Source: Rebecca billardiae RCC1528
Taxonomy: Eukaryota; Protista; Haptophyta
Direction of reading: 5' to 3'
Assembly (NCBI GenBank): GCA_965240325.2
Contig: OZ251251.1
Coordinates: 248,001 to 312,000, forward strand
Length of the DNA: 64,000 bases
Position 1 is the first letter of the stretch; every line of letters begins with the position of its first letter. The notes beneath the pieces were generated by a model. It saw nothing but the letters and a program-made list of their open reading frames with translations. It did no database searches and was not told the DNA's origin. This document shows, one piece after another, positions 48,345 to 60,800 of this stretch. The translations under genes were made by a program, and so were the position numbers.

Positions 48345-51300
48345 TCAGAGCTGCTGGTCGAAGCGGATGACCTCCTGCCCCGCGCCGTGCACGAAGAGCA
48401 CGCGCGTGAGCGAGGCGCTCAGCCCCTCCATGTACTCCATGTACCCCACCATCTCCTCGACCGAGCGCGCGCTCACCGCGCCGCTCGCGTCGCGCTCGGG
48501 CTCGGGCGGGTCTGGCAAGTTGAGGATGACAAGCTCTGACTGCGCGGAGCGGCGCGCGATGATCTCGTGGATCTCGCGCCACTCGTACGCGAGCGGCGGC
48601 TCGAGCGGCGCGGGCGGCTCGTCGCCCGACACCGCGGCGGCGGCGGCCTGCGCGGCGTGCGTCGCGTCGCGCGTGAGCAAGCCCTCGAGCTCAGCGGCCT
48701 GAGTGGCCGAGAGCTCGTGCCGCGCGGCGAACGCGCGCAGCTCGGCGAGCTCCTGCTCGGCGGCGGTGAGGCCGGCCGCGGCGGGCTCGGGCAGCGGCGG
48801 CTCGAGCGGTGGCGGCGGCTGCAGCGGCGGGCCCGTGCCGGGCGGCGAGGGCGGCGGCGACGCGTCTGGCCGGCGCAGCAGCGATGCCCGCGAACCACCG
48901 CTGCGGCCGAGCGCGCTGCGCGGCGAGAGGGACTCCGCCACCGAGCTGGCGCCCTCGGCGCTCGCGCCGCAGCCGAGCGGCGAGGCGCACGAGGCGGCGC
49001 GCGCGGCACCCGACGGGCCGCGCTCGACCGGCGGCGGCGCGAGCGCGGAGGACACCGAGCGGCGGCGCAGCGGCAGCGGCGGCGGCTCCTCGTCAGAATC
49101 CAAGTCATCGGCGGCATCGCCCCCCTCCGTGCTCACGCGAGGCGAGAGGAGGCGCGAGCCGCCCGGACCGCCGCCCGGACCGCCCGGCGTCGCGCCCGCG
49201 CCATAGCCGAGTAGCCGGCTCCCTCCGCCGTCGTCGCCGCCGCCGCCGGCCTCCAGGTCCGCGGCGGCCGCGGCGCGCACCATCGCCGGGTCGAGCACCG
49301 ACGGGCGCCGGCGCGCGGCCTGCACCGCCGCGCGCAACGCCTCCTCCTCCGCGCCCGCCTCGCGTGCGACGGGGGATAGCAGGAGGGCGTCTGTGCCCAC
49401 GCCGCTCAGCGGGTCCTCGTTCCTGGCAGCCGCGCGCACACGCACACACACGCACACACGCACGCACACACACGCACATAACCACATACGCACACGCACA
49501 CGCACACGCACACGCACACGCACACGCACACGCGCGCATGGGGGCGGGAGGAGGGTGGCGAGCGGCCGTCGGCGGGGATGGCGGCAGGACGGCGCGCGCG
49601 CGCACGCGGCGCGGCGCATGGGGCTGGCGCTCACCACGCGCGCGTGTCCCGCGCCTGCGTGTACGGCTGCACCGCGCCCGCCGTCACGCGCACCACCTCC
49701 TGTACCTCCGCGCCAATATTAATGATTTTCATCAGCCGCGTGAGCCGCTCGCGGATGAGGCCAGGGTCGGTGGGCGCGTCGGTGACCAGGTGCAGCCGCA
49801 GCGAGCAGCGCCGCCACAGCCGGTGCTTCCGCAGCAGGTTCGCCAGCAGCAGCAGCAGGCCGCCATCGTGCCGGATCCACCACACGTCGATGCAGCCGGC
49901 GCGAAACGGCGCCGACTCGTGCGTCGGAAAGTTCTGCGAAGTTTCCGGCGCGGTCGGTGGCGGTGGTGGCGGCGGGGGGCGTGAGCGCAGCCGCAGGGGG
50001 CGGGGGCGCGCGGCGCGCACGCCAGGCACGCCGCGTGGCACGCACGCACGCCCCGCGCAACGCGGACGCCACACGCACGCCGCCGACGCCGCTCACGCGC
50101 CGCGCGGCGTGCGCGCGCGCGCGCCACGCGCCACGCGCGCCGCGCACGGCACACGCGCGCCGCACGCGCCGCGCGCAGACCTGCAGGTGCTGGCCAAGCA
50201 GCACGGCCTTGGAGGTGCGCGTGCACTGGTGCACCGACTCGATGAAGGGCGGCACCAGCTTGCTCGGGCTGTTCCGCCACCACCACGGCCACCCCATCAG
50301 CACTGTGTTGGGCGTCAGCGGCCCGAGCCCCGCGCACTGAATCGCATAGCCCTTGCCCTCCTGCGCGTCTCGCGCGAGCACGGTCGCTGCGAAGCCGGGC
50401 AGCCCGATGCGCTGCGGGGGCGGGGCGGGGGCACGCGGCGCGGGCGCGGTGGCGCGCGCGGAGGGCGGAGGGGTGTGTGGGCGATGCCGCCCGCCGCGCG
50501 CGCGCGCCTCCAGGGCAGGAGCGCGGGTGGGGCTGAGCCTCGTGCGCGCAGCACACACACGCACACACAGCACACACACGTGCGCGCACGCACACTGCAC
50601 ACACGCTACGCACACACACACGGTACGCACACACGGTACGCACCTTGAAGAGGAAGGTCAGCACACACACACACACACGCACACACACACGGTACGCACC
50701 TTGAAGAGGAAGGTCAGCACACGCACACACACACGCACACACACACGGTACGCACCTTGAAGAGGAAGGTCAGCACACACACACACACACACGCACACAC
50801 ACACGGTACGCACCTTGAAGAGGAAGGTCAGCACACACACACACACGCACACACACACGGTACGCACCTTGAAGAGGAAGGTCAGCACACGCACACACAC
50901 ACTACACACACACACGGTACGCACCTTGAAGAGGAAGGTCAGCACACGCACACACACACTACACACACACACGGTACGCACCTTGAAGAGGAAGGTCAGC
51001 ACACGCACACACACACTACACACACACACGGTACGCACCTTGAAGAGGAAGGTCAGCACACGCACACACACACGCACACACACACGGTACGCACCTTGAA
51101 GAGGAAGGTCAGCACACGCACACACACACGCACACACACACGGTACGCACCTTGAAGAGGAAGGTCAGCACACGCACACACACGCGCACACACACACGGT
51201 ACGCACCTTGAAGAGGAAGGTCAGCACACGCACACACACACGCACACACACACGGTACGCACCTTGAAGAGGAAGGTCAGCACACGCACACACACACACG

Positions 51301-54300
51301 CACACACACACACGGTACGCACCTTGAAGAGGAAGGTCAGCACACACACACACACACACTACACACCCACACGGTACGCACCTTGAAGAGGAAGGTCAGC
51401 ACACACACACACACACACTACACACACACACGGTACGCACCTTGAAGAGGAAGGTCAGCACACACACACACACACACTACACACACACACGGTACGCACC
51501 TTGAAGAGGAAGGTCAGCACACACACACACACACGCACACACACACGGTACGCACCTTGAAGAGGAAGGTCAGCACACACACACACACACTACACGCACA
51601 CACGGTACGCACCTTGAAGAGGAAGGTCAGCACACACACACACACACTACACACACACGGTACGCACCTTGAAGAGGAAGGTCAGCACACACACACACAC
51701 ACGCACACACACACGGTACGCACCTTGAAGAGGAAGGTCAGCACACGCACACACACACTACACACACACACGGTACGCACCTTGAAGAGGAAGGTCAGCA
51801 CACGCACACACACACGCACACACACACGGTACGCACCTTGAAGAGGAAGGTCAGCACACGCACACACACACTACACACACACACGGTACGCACCTTGAAG
51901 AGGAAGGTCAGCACACGCACACACACACTACACACACACACGGTACGCACCTTGAAGAGGAAGGTCAGCACACGCACACACACACGCACACACACACGGT
52001 ACGCACCTTGAAGAGGAAGGTCAGCACACGCACACACACACACGCACACACACACACGGTACGCACCTTGAAGAGGAAGGTCAGCACACACACACACACA
52101 CACTACACACCCACACGGTACGCACCTTGAAGAGGAAGGTCAGCACACACACACACACACACTACACACACACACGGTACGCACCTTGAAGAGGAAGGTC
52201 AGCACACACACACACACACACTACACACACACACGGTACGCACCTTGAAGAGGAAGGTCAGCACACACACACACACACGCACACACACACGGTACGCACC
52301 TTGAAGAGGAAGGTCAGCACACACACACACACACTACACGCACACACGGTACGCACCTTGAAGAGGAAGGTCAGCACACACACACACACACTACACACAC
52401 ACGGTACGCACCTTGAAGAGGAAGGTCAGCACACACACACACACACGCACACACACACGGTACGCACCTTGAAGAGGAAGGTCAGCACACGCACACACAC
52501 ACTACACACACACACGGTACGCACCTTGAAGAGGAAGGTCAGCACACGCACACACACACGCACACACACACGGTACGCACCTTGAAGAGGAAGGTCAGCA
52601 CACGCACACACACACTACACACACACACGGTACGCACCTTGAAGAGGAAGGTCAGCACACACACACACACACACGCACACACACACGGTACGCACCTTGA
52701 AGAGGAAGGTCAGCACACACGCACACACACACTACACACACACACGGTACGCACCTTGAAGAGGAAGGTCAGCACACGCACACACACACTACACACACAC
52801 ACGGTACGCACCTTGAAGAGGAAGGTCATGTACCGCCGCTCCGAGGCCGCGTACGCAATGGCGTCCGGGTGGGACATGCCCTCGTCGTCGAGGAGCTGGA
52901 TGACCGCCGCGGCGATGACGAGGCCCTGCCCCTTGCGCAGCTGGTCCGCGAGCGCGAGCATCACCTTGTGCGTGTGCCCCTCGGGCCGCGCCGCGTCCGC
53001 GCCGCCGCCCGCGTCCGCGCCGCCGCCGCCGCCGTTGGCTGCGGCGGCGGGCGGCGGCGGCGCGTTGAGCGCGCGCGGGCCGAGGGGCGAGGCGGCGGCG
53101 GAGGCGCTGGGGCTGGGCCCGGGCACCTCGGACGGCGCCGCCTCGCCGCCCACCACCGCCGCGTCCTCCGCGTCCACCTGCAGCTGGTACAGCAGCAGCA
53201 CCTGAGGCCGCCATGCGATTTCGAGGTGGGCCTGCATGTCGATGGCGGCGAGCGCGCGCATCGCCAGCTTGAAGCGGAGGCCGTGGAGCGCGGAGCCCCA
53301 GTCGGTCTCGGCGGTGGTGCGCAGGATGTAGAGCACGATGCACACCGCCAGGCACCACGCCACCAGCGCGTACCGGAAGTCGATCGCGAACATCAGCCCG
53401 ACGCACAGCACAAACCCCGCCAGCCCCGACCCCCAGTGGAAGCGGCGCCATTTGGGCCGCCACGACGGGTCCTGGAGGAGGTCGAGGACGAAGCAGGTGA
53501 GGTTCATGCACGCGTAGCAGAGCAGGAAGCACATGGAGACGACCGGCGCGATCAGGTCGAGCGAGCCCGAGAGCACGCACACCGCCGCGATCGCGTACGT
53601 GAGCGCGAGCGCGCGGTGAGGCTCGCCCTTTGCCGAGCGCGCGCCGAGCGGCCGCATCGCTCGGAGTACGCCCTCTTGCGCGACGGACTGGAGGAGCAGC
53701 GGCGCGACGGCGAGGTTCTGGAGCGCCTGGCCGAGGGAGCAGCAGACGATCCCGATCCGCATCGCCGTGACCGACGGCCACGCCAGGTACTCCAGCTGCC
53801 CCGACGAGAGCTGCAGGAACGAGCGCTCGCCCACCGCCGCCCACAGCAGTAAGTAAGCGGAGTAGACGGCGCACGAGATTGTGATCCCGCCGAGCGTGCC
53901 CCAGGGGATGGCGGAGGCGGGCTCGGCGAGCGAGGCGGCGCGGTTGGCGCCGGAGAGGAAGCCGGTGAACGCGGGGAAGAGCAGCCCCAGCGCCGACGAC
54001 ACCGACTGTCCGGCCGAGAAGTCCGGGCCGAAGTTGGCACCCATCGAGGCGGCCGATAGCCCCAGGGCAAACGGCGGCGGCAGCGGCGGCGACGGCGGCG
54101 CGCCGAGCGCGCCACCGGCGGGCGCGGCGGCGGGCTCGGTGGGCTCGGCCGGCGCGGGCGCGAGGTGCGGCGCGCCGAGCAGCGAGACGTACAGCGCGAG
54201 CAGCGTCGCCACCGTCACCGCGAAGAAGCCGAGCCCGAGCCGAGACACAGTCTGCAGCCCCCCGAAGACGAGCGCGCTCAGAGCGAGCATGAACGCCGAG

Positions 54301-55923
54301 CCCCAGAGCTGCACGGCGTAGGCGAAGCGGCCGAGCGAGGCGTCGAGCGCGAGGAAGACCTCCACCGAGCCCAGCCCCTCGAGCACCGCGTTCAGCGTGA
54401 TCCCCAGAAAGTACATCAGCGCGATCGCCGTCGCGATCTCGCGGCCGAGCGCGCGGCGCAACAACGCGTACACGCCCTGTTGCGCGTGCGAGGCGGAGCA
54501 AGTGACGATGGCCGACATCGAGAGAGTGGTGAGCACGGCCGCGCCGTACGAGAGCCACGCGAAGAGCAGCGCGAGGCCCAGCCCGGCGTTCCCCACCACG
54601 AAGTTGAACCGCAGGAAGATCAGCACCCCCCACATGTTGGCGCACACCGGAACTATCACGCCGTCTAGGACGCCGCCCTTGCCGCGCGCCGCGCGCGCGG
54701 CCGGCGGCGGCTGCGCGCCCGCCGCGTGGGCTGGTGGCGGCGCGGCGCCGGCGGGCGCGGGCGCGGGCGCGCGGCGCGAGCCCTGCAAGCGCGACCCCGG
54801 CTCCGGCGAGCGCGGCGGCAGCGCCGACTGGTAGGCCGCCGCCGACGCTTGCGGCGGCGGCGCCGCGGCGCTTGCGGCGGCGGCGGCCGTGCTGGCGGCG
54901 GCACCGCCGCACGCCGCGCGCTTGGCGCAGCCCACGCCCAGCCCGACCGCGCCGGCGCAGCTCGCCGCGGCGGCGCCGCACCCCGCCGCCGCGCGCTTCG
55001 ACCACGAGCCACCGCCGCCGCCGCCGCCGCGCTCGGCCGGCGAGACCGGCTGCTGCTGCTGCGCCGCCGCCGCCGCCGCCGCGCGCTGCGGCTGCTGCCT
55101 CTCAGAGACGACAGCCAACGCGCCGCCGGCATCGCGCGCGGCGTCGGCGGCCTCCGGCTCGCTCTCGTCGCTCGAGCCGACGTGCAGCTGCATGTCCAGC
55201 GACAGCCGCTCCGACGCGTGGCGCGAGCCCGCGGCGGGCCCACAGCCGCCGCCGCCGCCGCCGCCGCCGCCGCGCGCGGCCGCCGCCGCGCCGCCGCCGC
55301 CGCCACTCCCATGTGGACTGGCGCCGCCGCCGCCGCCGCTCGGCGCGGCGGGCGAGGCGGCGCCGCCCGTCGCCGCCGACGCGACCGCGCCCACCGCCGC
55401 CATCGCCGCCGCCGCCGCGCTCGCCGACGCCGCGCCGATCGCCGCGCAGCCGCTCGACGGCGCGCGCGGACCGCCGTGCGCCGCCGCCGCCGCCGGCGTG
55501 GAGCCAGTGGCGGCGGTCGGCGCGGCGCCGAGCGGCGGCTGGAGCGGCGAGGCGCCGAGCTGCAGCCCCGCGGGGAGCGAGGGGAGCGAGAGCGTGCGCG
55601 GCACACGCCGCCCGCCCCCGCCGCCGCCGCCGCCGCGCGCCACGGGCTCCACCGGCGTCAGCGTCCGATCGGCGAGCGTCGGCGACGGGTCGAGAAGGCC
55701 GGGGATTCGCGGCAGCTCGCCCGTGCGGCGGCGCTGCACGCCGCCGGCGGTGGCGCCCGAGCTGCCCTGCCGCCGGCGCATCCGGCCGGGCTGCGCGCCC
55801 TCCGCCGACGTCGGCGTGTGCCCCTGCGCCGGCTCCGCGGGGCTCCGCGTGCCGCCGCCGCTGCCGCGGCGCGCGGCCGCGAGCGCGCTTGGCAGATCGT
55901 CGGAAGAACTGGCACGTGGGACC

Positions 55924-55962
<39 letters not shown>

Positions 55963-56066
55963 AGGGGCAGCTGGAGGCGCGGCGCGGTCGGGAGCCACTC
56001 GAGCGACATCGCGCCGGGCACGCCCATGCGCCCCGGCAGCCGCCCACCGCCCGGCACGTGCTGCGA

Positions 56067-56102
<36 letters not shown>

Positions 56103-56372
56103 GCCGCCGCCTTGCGCCGCCACCCACGAGGCAGGCGGCGCGCGCTGCGGCGGCGCGGGCGGCAGCTGGTCGAGCGCGGGGATCCGCGGCGTCTCGATCC
56201 CGCGCGGCGCCGTCGGCCGGCTGTCCGACCGGCGCCGCGAGCGCGGGCGCGGGATTCTCTGCGGATGTTCTGACACGGTCTCACGAATGCCGCTGCTGCG
56301 CGCGCGCGGGCGGCCGCGCGGCGGCGAGCCGGGCTCGGGCGGCAGCAGGCCGCGGACGGGGCGCTGCGCCAT
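48345..56372 (-). CDS. SLC12: Cation-chloride cotransporter (SLC12/KCC/CCC family)
   Basis: Approximate exons 56372-52812, 50411-50181, 49933-49635, 49422-48345. Motifs 'GVLDGVIVPVCANMWGVLIFLRF', 'LLFPAFTGFLSGANR', 'LDLIAPVVSMCFLLCYACMNLTCF...PSWRPKWRRFHW', 'WRPQVL', 'AGLGPLTPNTVLMGWP', 'IDVWWIRHDGGL', 'LVILNLP...YMEYMEGL...VLFVHGAGQEVI'. Confidence 0.95.
50617..52829 (-). repeat. Tandem array of about 39 copies of exon end + 5' splice site, separated by variable (GT)n spacers, filling SLC12 intron 1
   Basis: Invariant core (minus strand) TGACCTTCCTCTTCAAG|GTGCGTACCGTG every 54-60 bp. The copy at about 52812 is the true exon junction (…MTFLFK|). A 744-bp higher-order duplication is shown by identical ORFs at 51557/52301 and 51682/52426. 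Confidence 0.96.
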
Positions 56373-57858
56373 GCCGCGCGTGCGCGCCGGGCTCTCCCCG
56401 CCGCGGGTACGCGCGCAGCAGCCGCGCCGCGAGTGCGGGAGCGGGTGACGTCACCGCGACGTGCGCGCGGGGCTCCAAGGCTGGCGGCCGTCTGAGAGTG
56501 CTCCGGAGGAAGCGGCTGGGCGCGGCTCGGCTTTTGGCGGCCGGCGGTGGACAGGCTGCGTGTTTTGTGGTGGGCGATGGGCGATGGCGGCCGTGCGCAG
56601 CCCACTGTCAACTCCGGACGGGCGCGTGCGCCAAGGCTCTGGCCATGCTCACGGGCGGTCAGCGACGAAGCGCTCACCAGTCGCGTGTCCGCGCCCGCGC
56701 GCGGGCTCGTCGTCGCCGCGGGGTGCGCCTTGGCCGCGCCGCATGCCCCAACCGGCCCACCCGGCCACCGCTGAGCTTCGGGCCAACCCAGCCCAATGGC
56801 AAGCCCCCGCCGAGCGCGCGCGCGCGCGCGCACTCCCCGCGCTCGGCCGGCGACACACCACGGACGCCACCACGGCATGAGTTCTGGACGAGGCCGTTTA
56901 CTGGCCGCCTCCTCGCGAGCGCGGCACGGCCCGCCACCCGCTTCGACGATCGCGGCTGCGGGCTGCTCCAGCGGCGGCGGGATTCTGCTGCGCTGCACGC
57001 GCGCGTAGGCGCGCGCCCGTCGCGCCCCTTCCTGGCCTCGCGCGGGTCCCTGGCCAGGCGGGTACGCGCCTAGCCACCCTGGCGCCCCTACGCGTCCCCC
57101 CTCCGGCCGCCACAGCCCAGACGCCATGGCGCGCGTGCCTCCGGGAGTCAGGCTCGTGCGCCGCGGGGTGGCCCGATAGAAGGCCCACACGGATCGTCGA
57201 GACGTGCCGCCAAGAAGAGTGCAGGCGCCGACCCGGACGGGCCAGTCAGACGGGCCAGTCAGACGGGATCCCACCGCAACCGCTTCGCAGCGGCGCGCGG
57301 CCAACGGCTGCCAGTGCCGGCGTTCCACTACGAAGGGCGGTCGCCGGGCACTCAGGCGTGGCTGTAACGATTTGTAGCGGCGTAGGTGGGTCACATCGCT
57401 TCCGGGCCCGAGTCGCCCCTCGCCGAAGCGCTTGTCGACTCCGCGCGCGCGTCTCCGATCTGACATTGCCCATGCCACGCCTCGAGCTCCGCGCAGCGCG
57501 GCTCGGGATTCCGTGGTCGGTTACTGCAATATGTACCGTTCGTTGAATACGGGATCGTTAGCCCATACAACCTTCATCAGTTCATCTCCTGCATGAATTG
57601 ACGATATCTGAGCGGAGAGTCATCGGCCGGTGGCCATTTGACGATGAATATGAATGAGGAATTGTCAGGGACGATCGATCGATCGACGGCTGACGAGCTT
57701 GATGAAAACAATACCCGCACGGTATCAACGCGGCAAAGACACTTCACGGCAGCGTTCGTCAGCTCGCGGCGCGCGCCTGCGAACTTTGCTGTGGGAGTCG
57801 TTCATCGCGAGAAGGGCGCTGACGACTGCTGAGAGCCCACCACCCCAGCGGGCACGCC

Positions 57859-60800
57859 ATGCAGCGCGAGCCCAGGCGCAGCAGCGCCTCGGCCATTGGC
57901 ACGCTCCTCGGCCTCCCGCAGCTGCACGTCGAGTCGGCGCGCAAGTTGCGCCACCACAACCGCCCTCACGCCGGGCCCGCGTCATCGCGCGCGCGCGTGG
58001 GCAGCACGCAGCCGACGCCCGCGGCGGCGGGCGCGCGGCCGCCAGGTGCGGTGGGGAAGGGGATCGGCCCCACGCTGGTGAGCGGGCTCGCCCCGCCGGG
58101 CTTCGCCATCCCACCCCGCCCGCCCTCCACCGACGCGGACGACGACGTCACCTCCACCTCCGAGGCCTCGCACCGGTCGACCACCTTTGAGGCACCTGCG
58201 CCTGTTCTCACGTGGAGCGCGACGTTCGAGGACCGCGACGTGGAGGGCCTCTTCGTCGCCACCGACCTGAAGCCGGTGCGCGCGCGCGCGCGCGTCGTCG
58301 CCGCGCCGCTGCGCGCGCGGCGTCTCGCGAGCCCCCGGGAGGCGGCGCAACCGACGCCGCCCGGCCGCCCGCGCCGCCCGCCCCTCCTGCGCCGCCACCG
58401 CCATGCCCGGCGTGCGCGCCGCGCGCCGCCCGGCATCGGGCCCCTGCGGCGTGTGCAGGTGTACGCCGTCCGCACCGGCTTCGTCGGCCTGCTCTTCCTC
58501 GGCGCCTGGCTGCCGCTTGTCGGCATCGAGGCGAGCGCGCTGCCGCCGGGCGCGGGCGCGGCTGACTCGCCGGCGCTCTGGCTGTGTGTTGCTGGCGCGG
58601 CGGCGTGCGCGGGCAAAGTGGTGCTCGCGTGGCTGACGCAGGCGCTGCGGCTGCGGCTGCGCTGGCTCGAGGCGTACGTCACGAGCGCGATGCTCCTCGA
58701 GGTCTTCGCCCTCGCCCTCGTCTTCTCGCCGCGCCGCCTCGCCGCCGTCCTCGGCTCGCCGCCCGCCGCCGCGGGCTGGGATCATTCTGCCGCTGAGGTG
58801 CTGCTGCGAGTGGCGGTGGTGCCGCTGGTGAGCAGCACGCTCATACCGATACAGCCGGTGCGTGCGCGTGCGCGCGGCGCGGCGCGGGGCGCGCGCGGGG
58901 CGCACGGCTTGCCAGGCCGCTGCGCGCGCGCCACCGACGGCAGCAGCGCGCGCGCGCGCGCGCTCGGCCGCGCCGCGGGCCGCGCGCTGCTGCTGCGCCG
59001 CTCGTGCCCCCGCGCTCACGCCGCCCCCCGTCCCGCCCCCTCCGCCGCCGCGCGCGCGCGCGGCGCAGGTGGCGTGGTGCATCTTCACCGCGCTGCTGCT
59101 CGCGCTGCTCACGGCGCTGCAGCTCGCTGTGCCCCGCGGCGGCGGCGGCGGCGGCGGCGCGGGCGGCGGCGGCGCGGGCGGCGCGGGCGCGGAGGCAATT
59201 TCGGCCGATGCTTCGTTCGTCGAGGCGTCGAACACCGTGGCGTTCCTGCTGCTGCTGTTCGGCAGCGGGCTGGCCGGCCGCTTCTACCTCGTCCTCTCCC
59301 GCCGCATCCAGTTCCACTTCCGCCGCTCTGTCGTAACCGCCCTCGCAGACAAGTCCCGCGAGGCGCGCGAGCGACGCCGGTTGCAAGAGGAGCACCGCTC
59401 GGCGCGCGAGGAAGCGATTTCGGCCGACGCGGCGAAGACGGCGCGGAGCAGGCTGATCCGGATGGTGCGCGGGCGGCGCGGGCGCGGCTGCCGGCCGAGC
59501 GCGCCGCGCACGCGCCGCGCACGCGCCGCGCCGGCTCTGGCCGCGCGCGCCGCCGCCGCGCGCCGCCGCAGCGCCTGCCGACACGCGCGCTCGCGTCGCG
59601 GCCGTGGCGCCGCGCGCCCCCGCCCCCGCGCCCGTGCCCTCCTCGACGTCGTCGTCGTCCGCAGGTGATGCACGACCTGCGCAGCCCGCTGCTCTCCGTG
59701 ACCAACCTCGCCGCCTCGCTGCAGGCCCTCGCGCCCAACACGCGCCTCGACGCGCCGCCGGTGCGCACCTCGCTCGACGCGCTCGTCACGTGCGCCACTC
59801 TCATGGAGCACATCGTCGTCGACATGCTCGGTGCGCGCGGGGTGGAGGGTTGGGGGTAGGGTTGGGGCGTGGTGTGTGCCGTGGCTCGCGCCCCGGTGGG
59901 GAGGGGAGGGCTAGGCCCTGCCCGACCCGACCGTGCGCGCACGCACCCGAGGCGCGGCGCGCGGCGCGGTGCGGCTGTGGGTGTGCAGTCGGCAGGGCGC
60001 GGCGTGCGGCGTGCGGCGCGCACGCCACCGCCCACCGCGCCGCTGCCTGCCTCACCTGGCTGGCCCACGCCCCTCCGGCCACACGCCCTCCCCCCCCCCA
60101 ACCCACCAGACTTTGAGCGCATCGACGCGGGCCGGCTCGAGCTGCAGCGCTCGCCCTTCTACGTGACAGGGCTGCTGCGTGACGTGCTGGCCACCTTTGG
60201 CGGGATCGCCAAGGCCAAGGGTGCGCGCTGGCTGCCTGGTGAGGGTTGGGGTGGGTAGGGTGGGGGTGAACCGCCTAACCCTAACCAAGGGTGCGCGCTG
60301 GCTGCCTGGTGAGGGTTGGGGTGGGTAGGGTGGGGGTGAACCGCCTAACCCTAACCAAGGGTGCACGCTGGCTGCCTGGTGAGGGTTGGGGTGGGTAGGG
60401 TGGGGGTGAACCGCCTAACCCTAACCAAGGGTGCACGCTGGCTGGCTGGCTGGCTGCGCGGCGGGCGGGCGGGCGGGGGGAAGGGGGCGTGTGCACGGGA
60501 GCACGCGCGCAAGCCGCCGCGGCGGTGGGGAGGTGGCTTTGCTCGGTGCCGTCGGCCCCGCCACACCCCGCCGCCCCCGGCCCACCCGCCTCATCGCCCC
60601 CGTCTCCGCGCCCCCGTCTCCGCGCGCCGCAGGCGTGTCCCTCCTCGCCCTGCCGCCGCCCGAGCCGCTCCCGTCCCTGCGGCTGGTGGGCGACGCGCGC
60701 CGGCTGCAGCAGTGCCTCAACAACCTCGTCTCGAACGCGGTGCGTGTGCGTGTGTGCGTGTGCGCGTGTGCGCGTGTGCGTGCGTGTGCGTGCGTGTGCG

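Noticed and set aside
50617-52829. CRISPR array (constant repeat plus variable spacers)
   Set aside because: Spacers are only (CA)n variants, the repeat is a copy of an exon-intron junction, there are no cas genes, and the context is a eukaryotic intron
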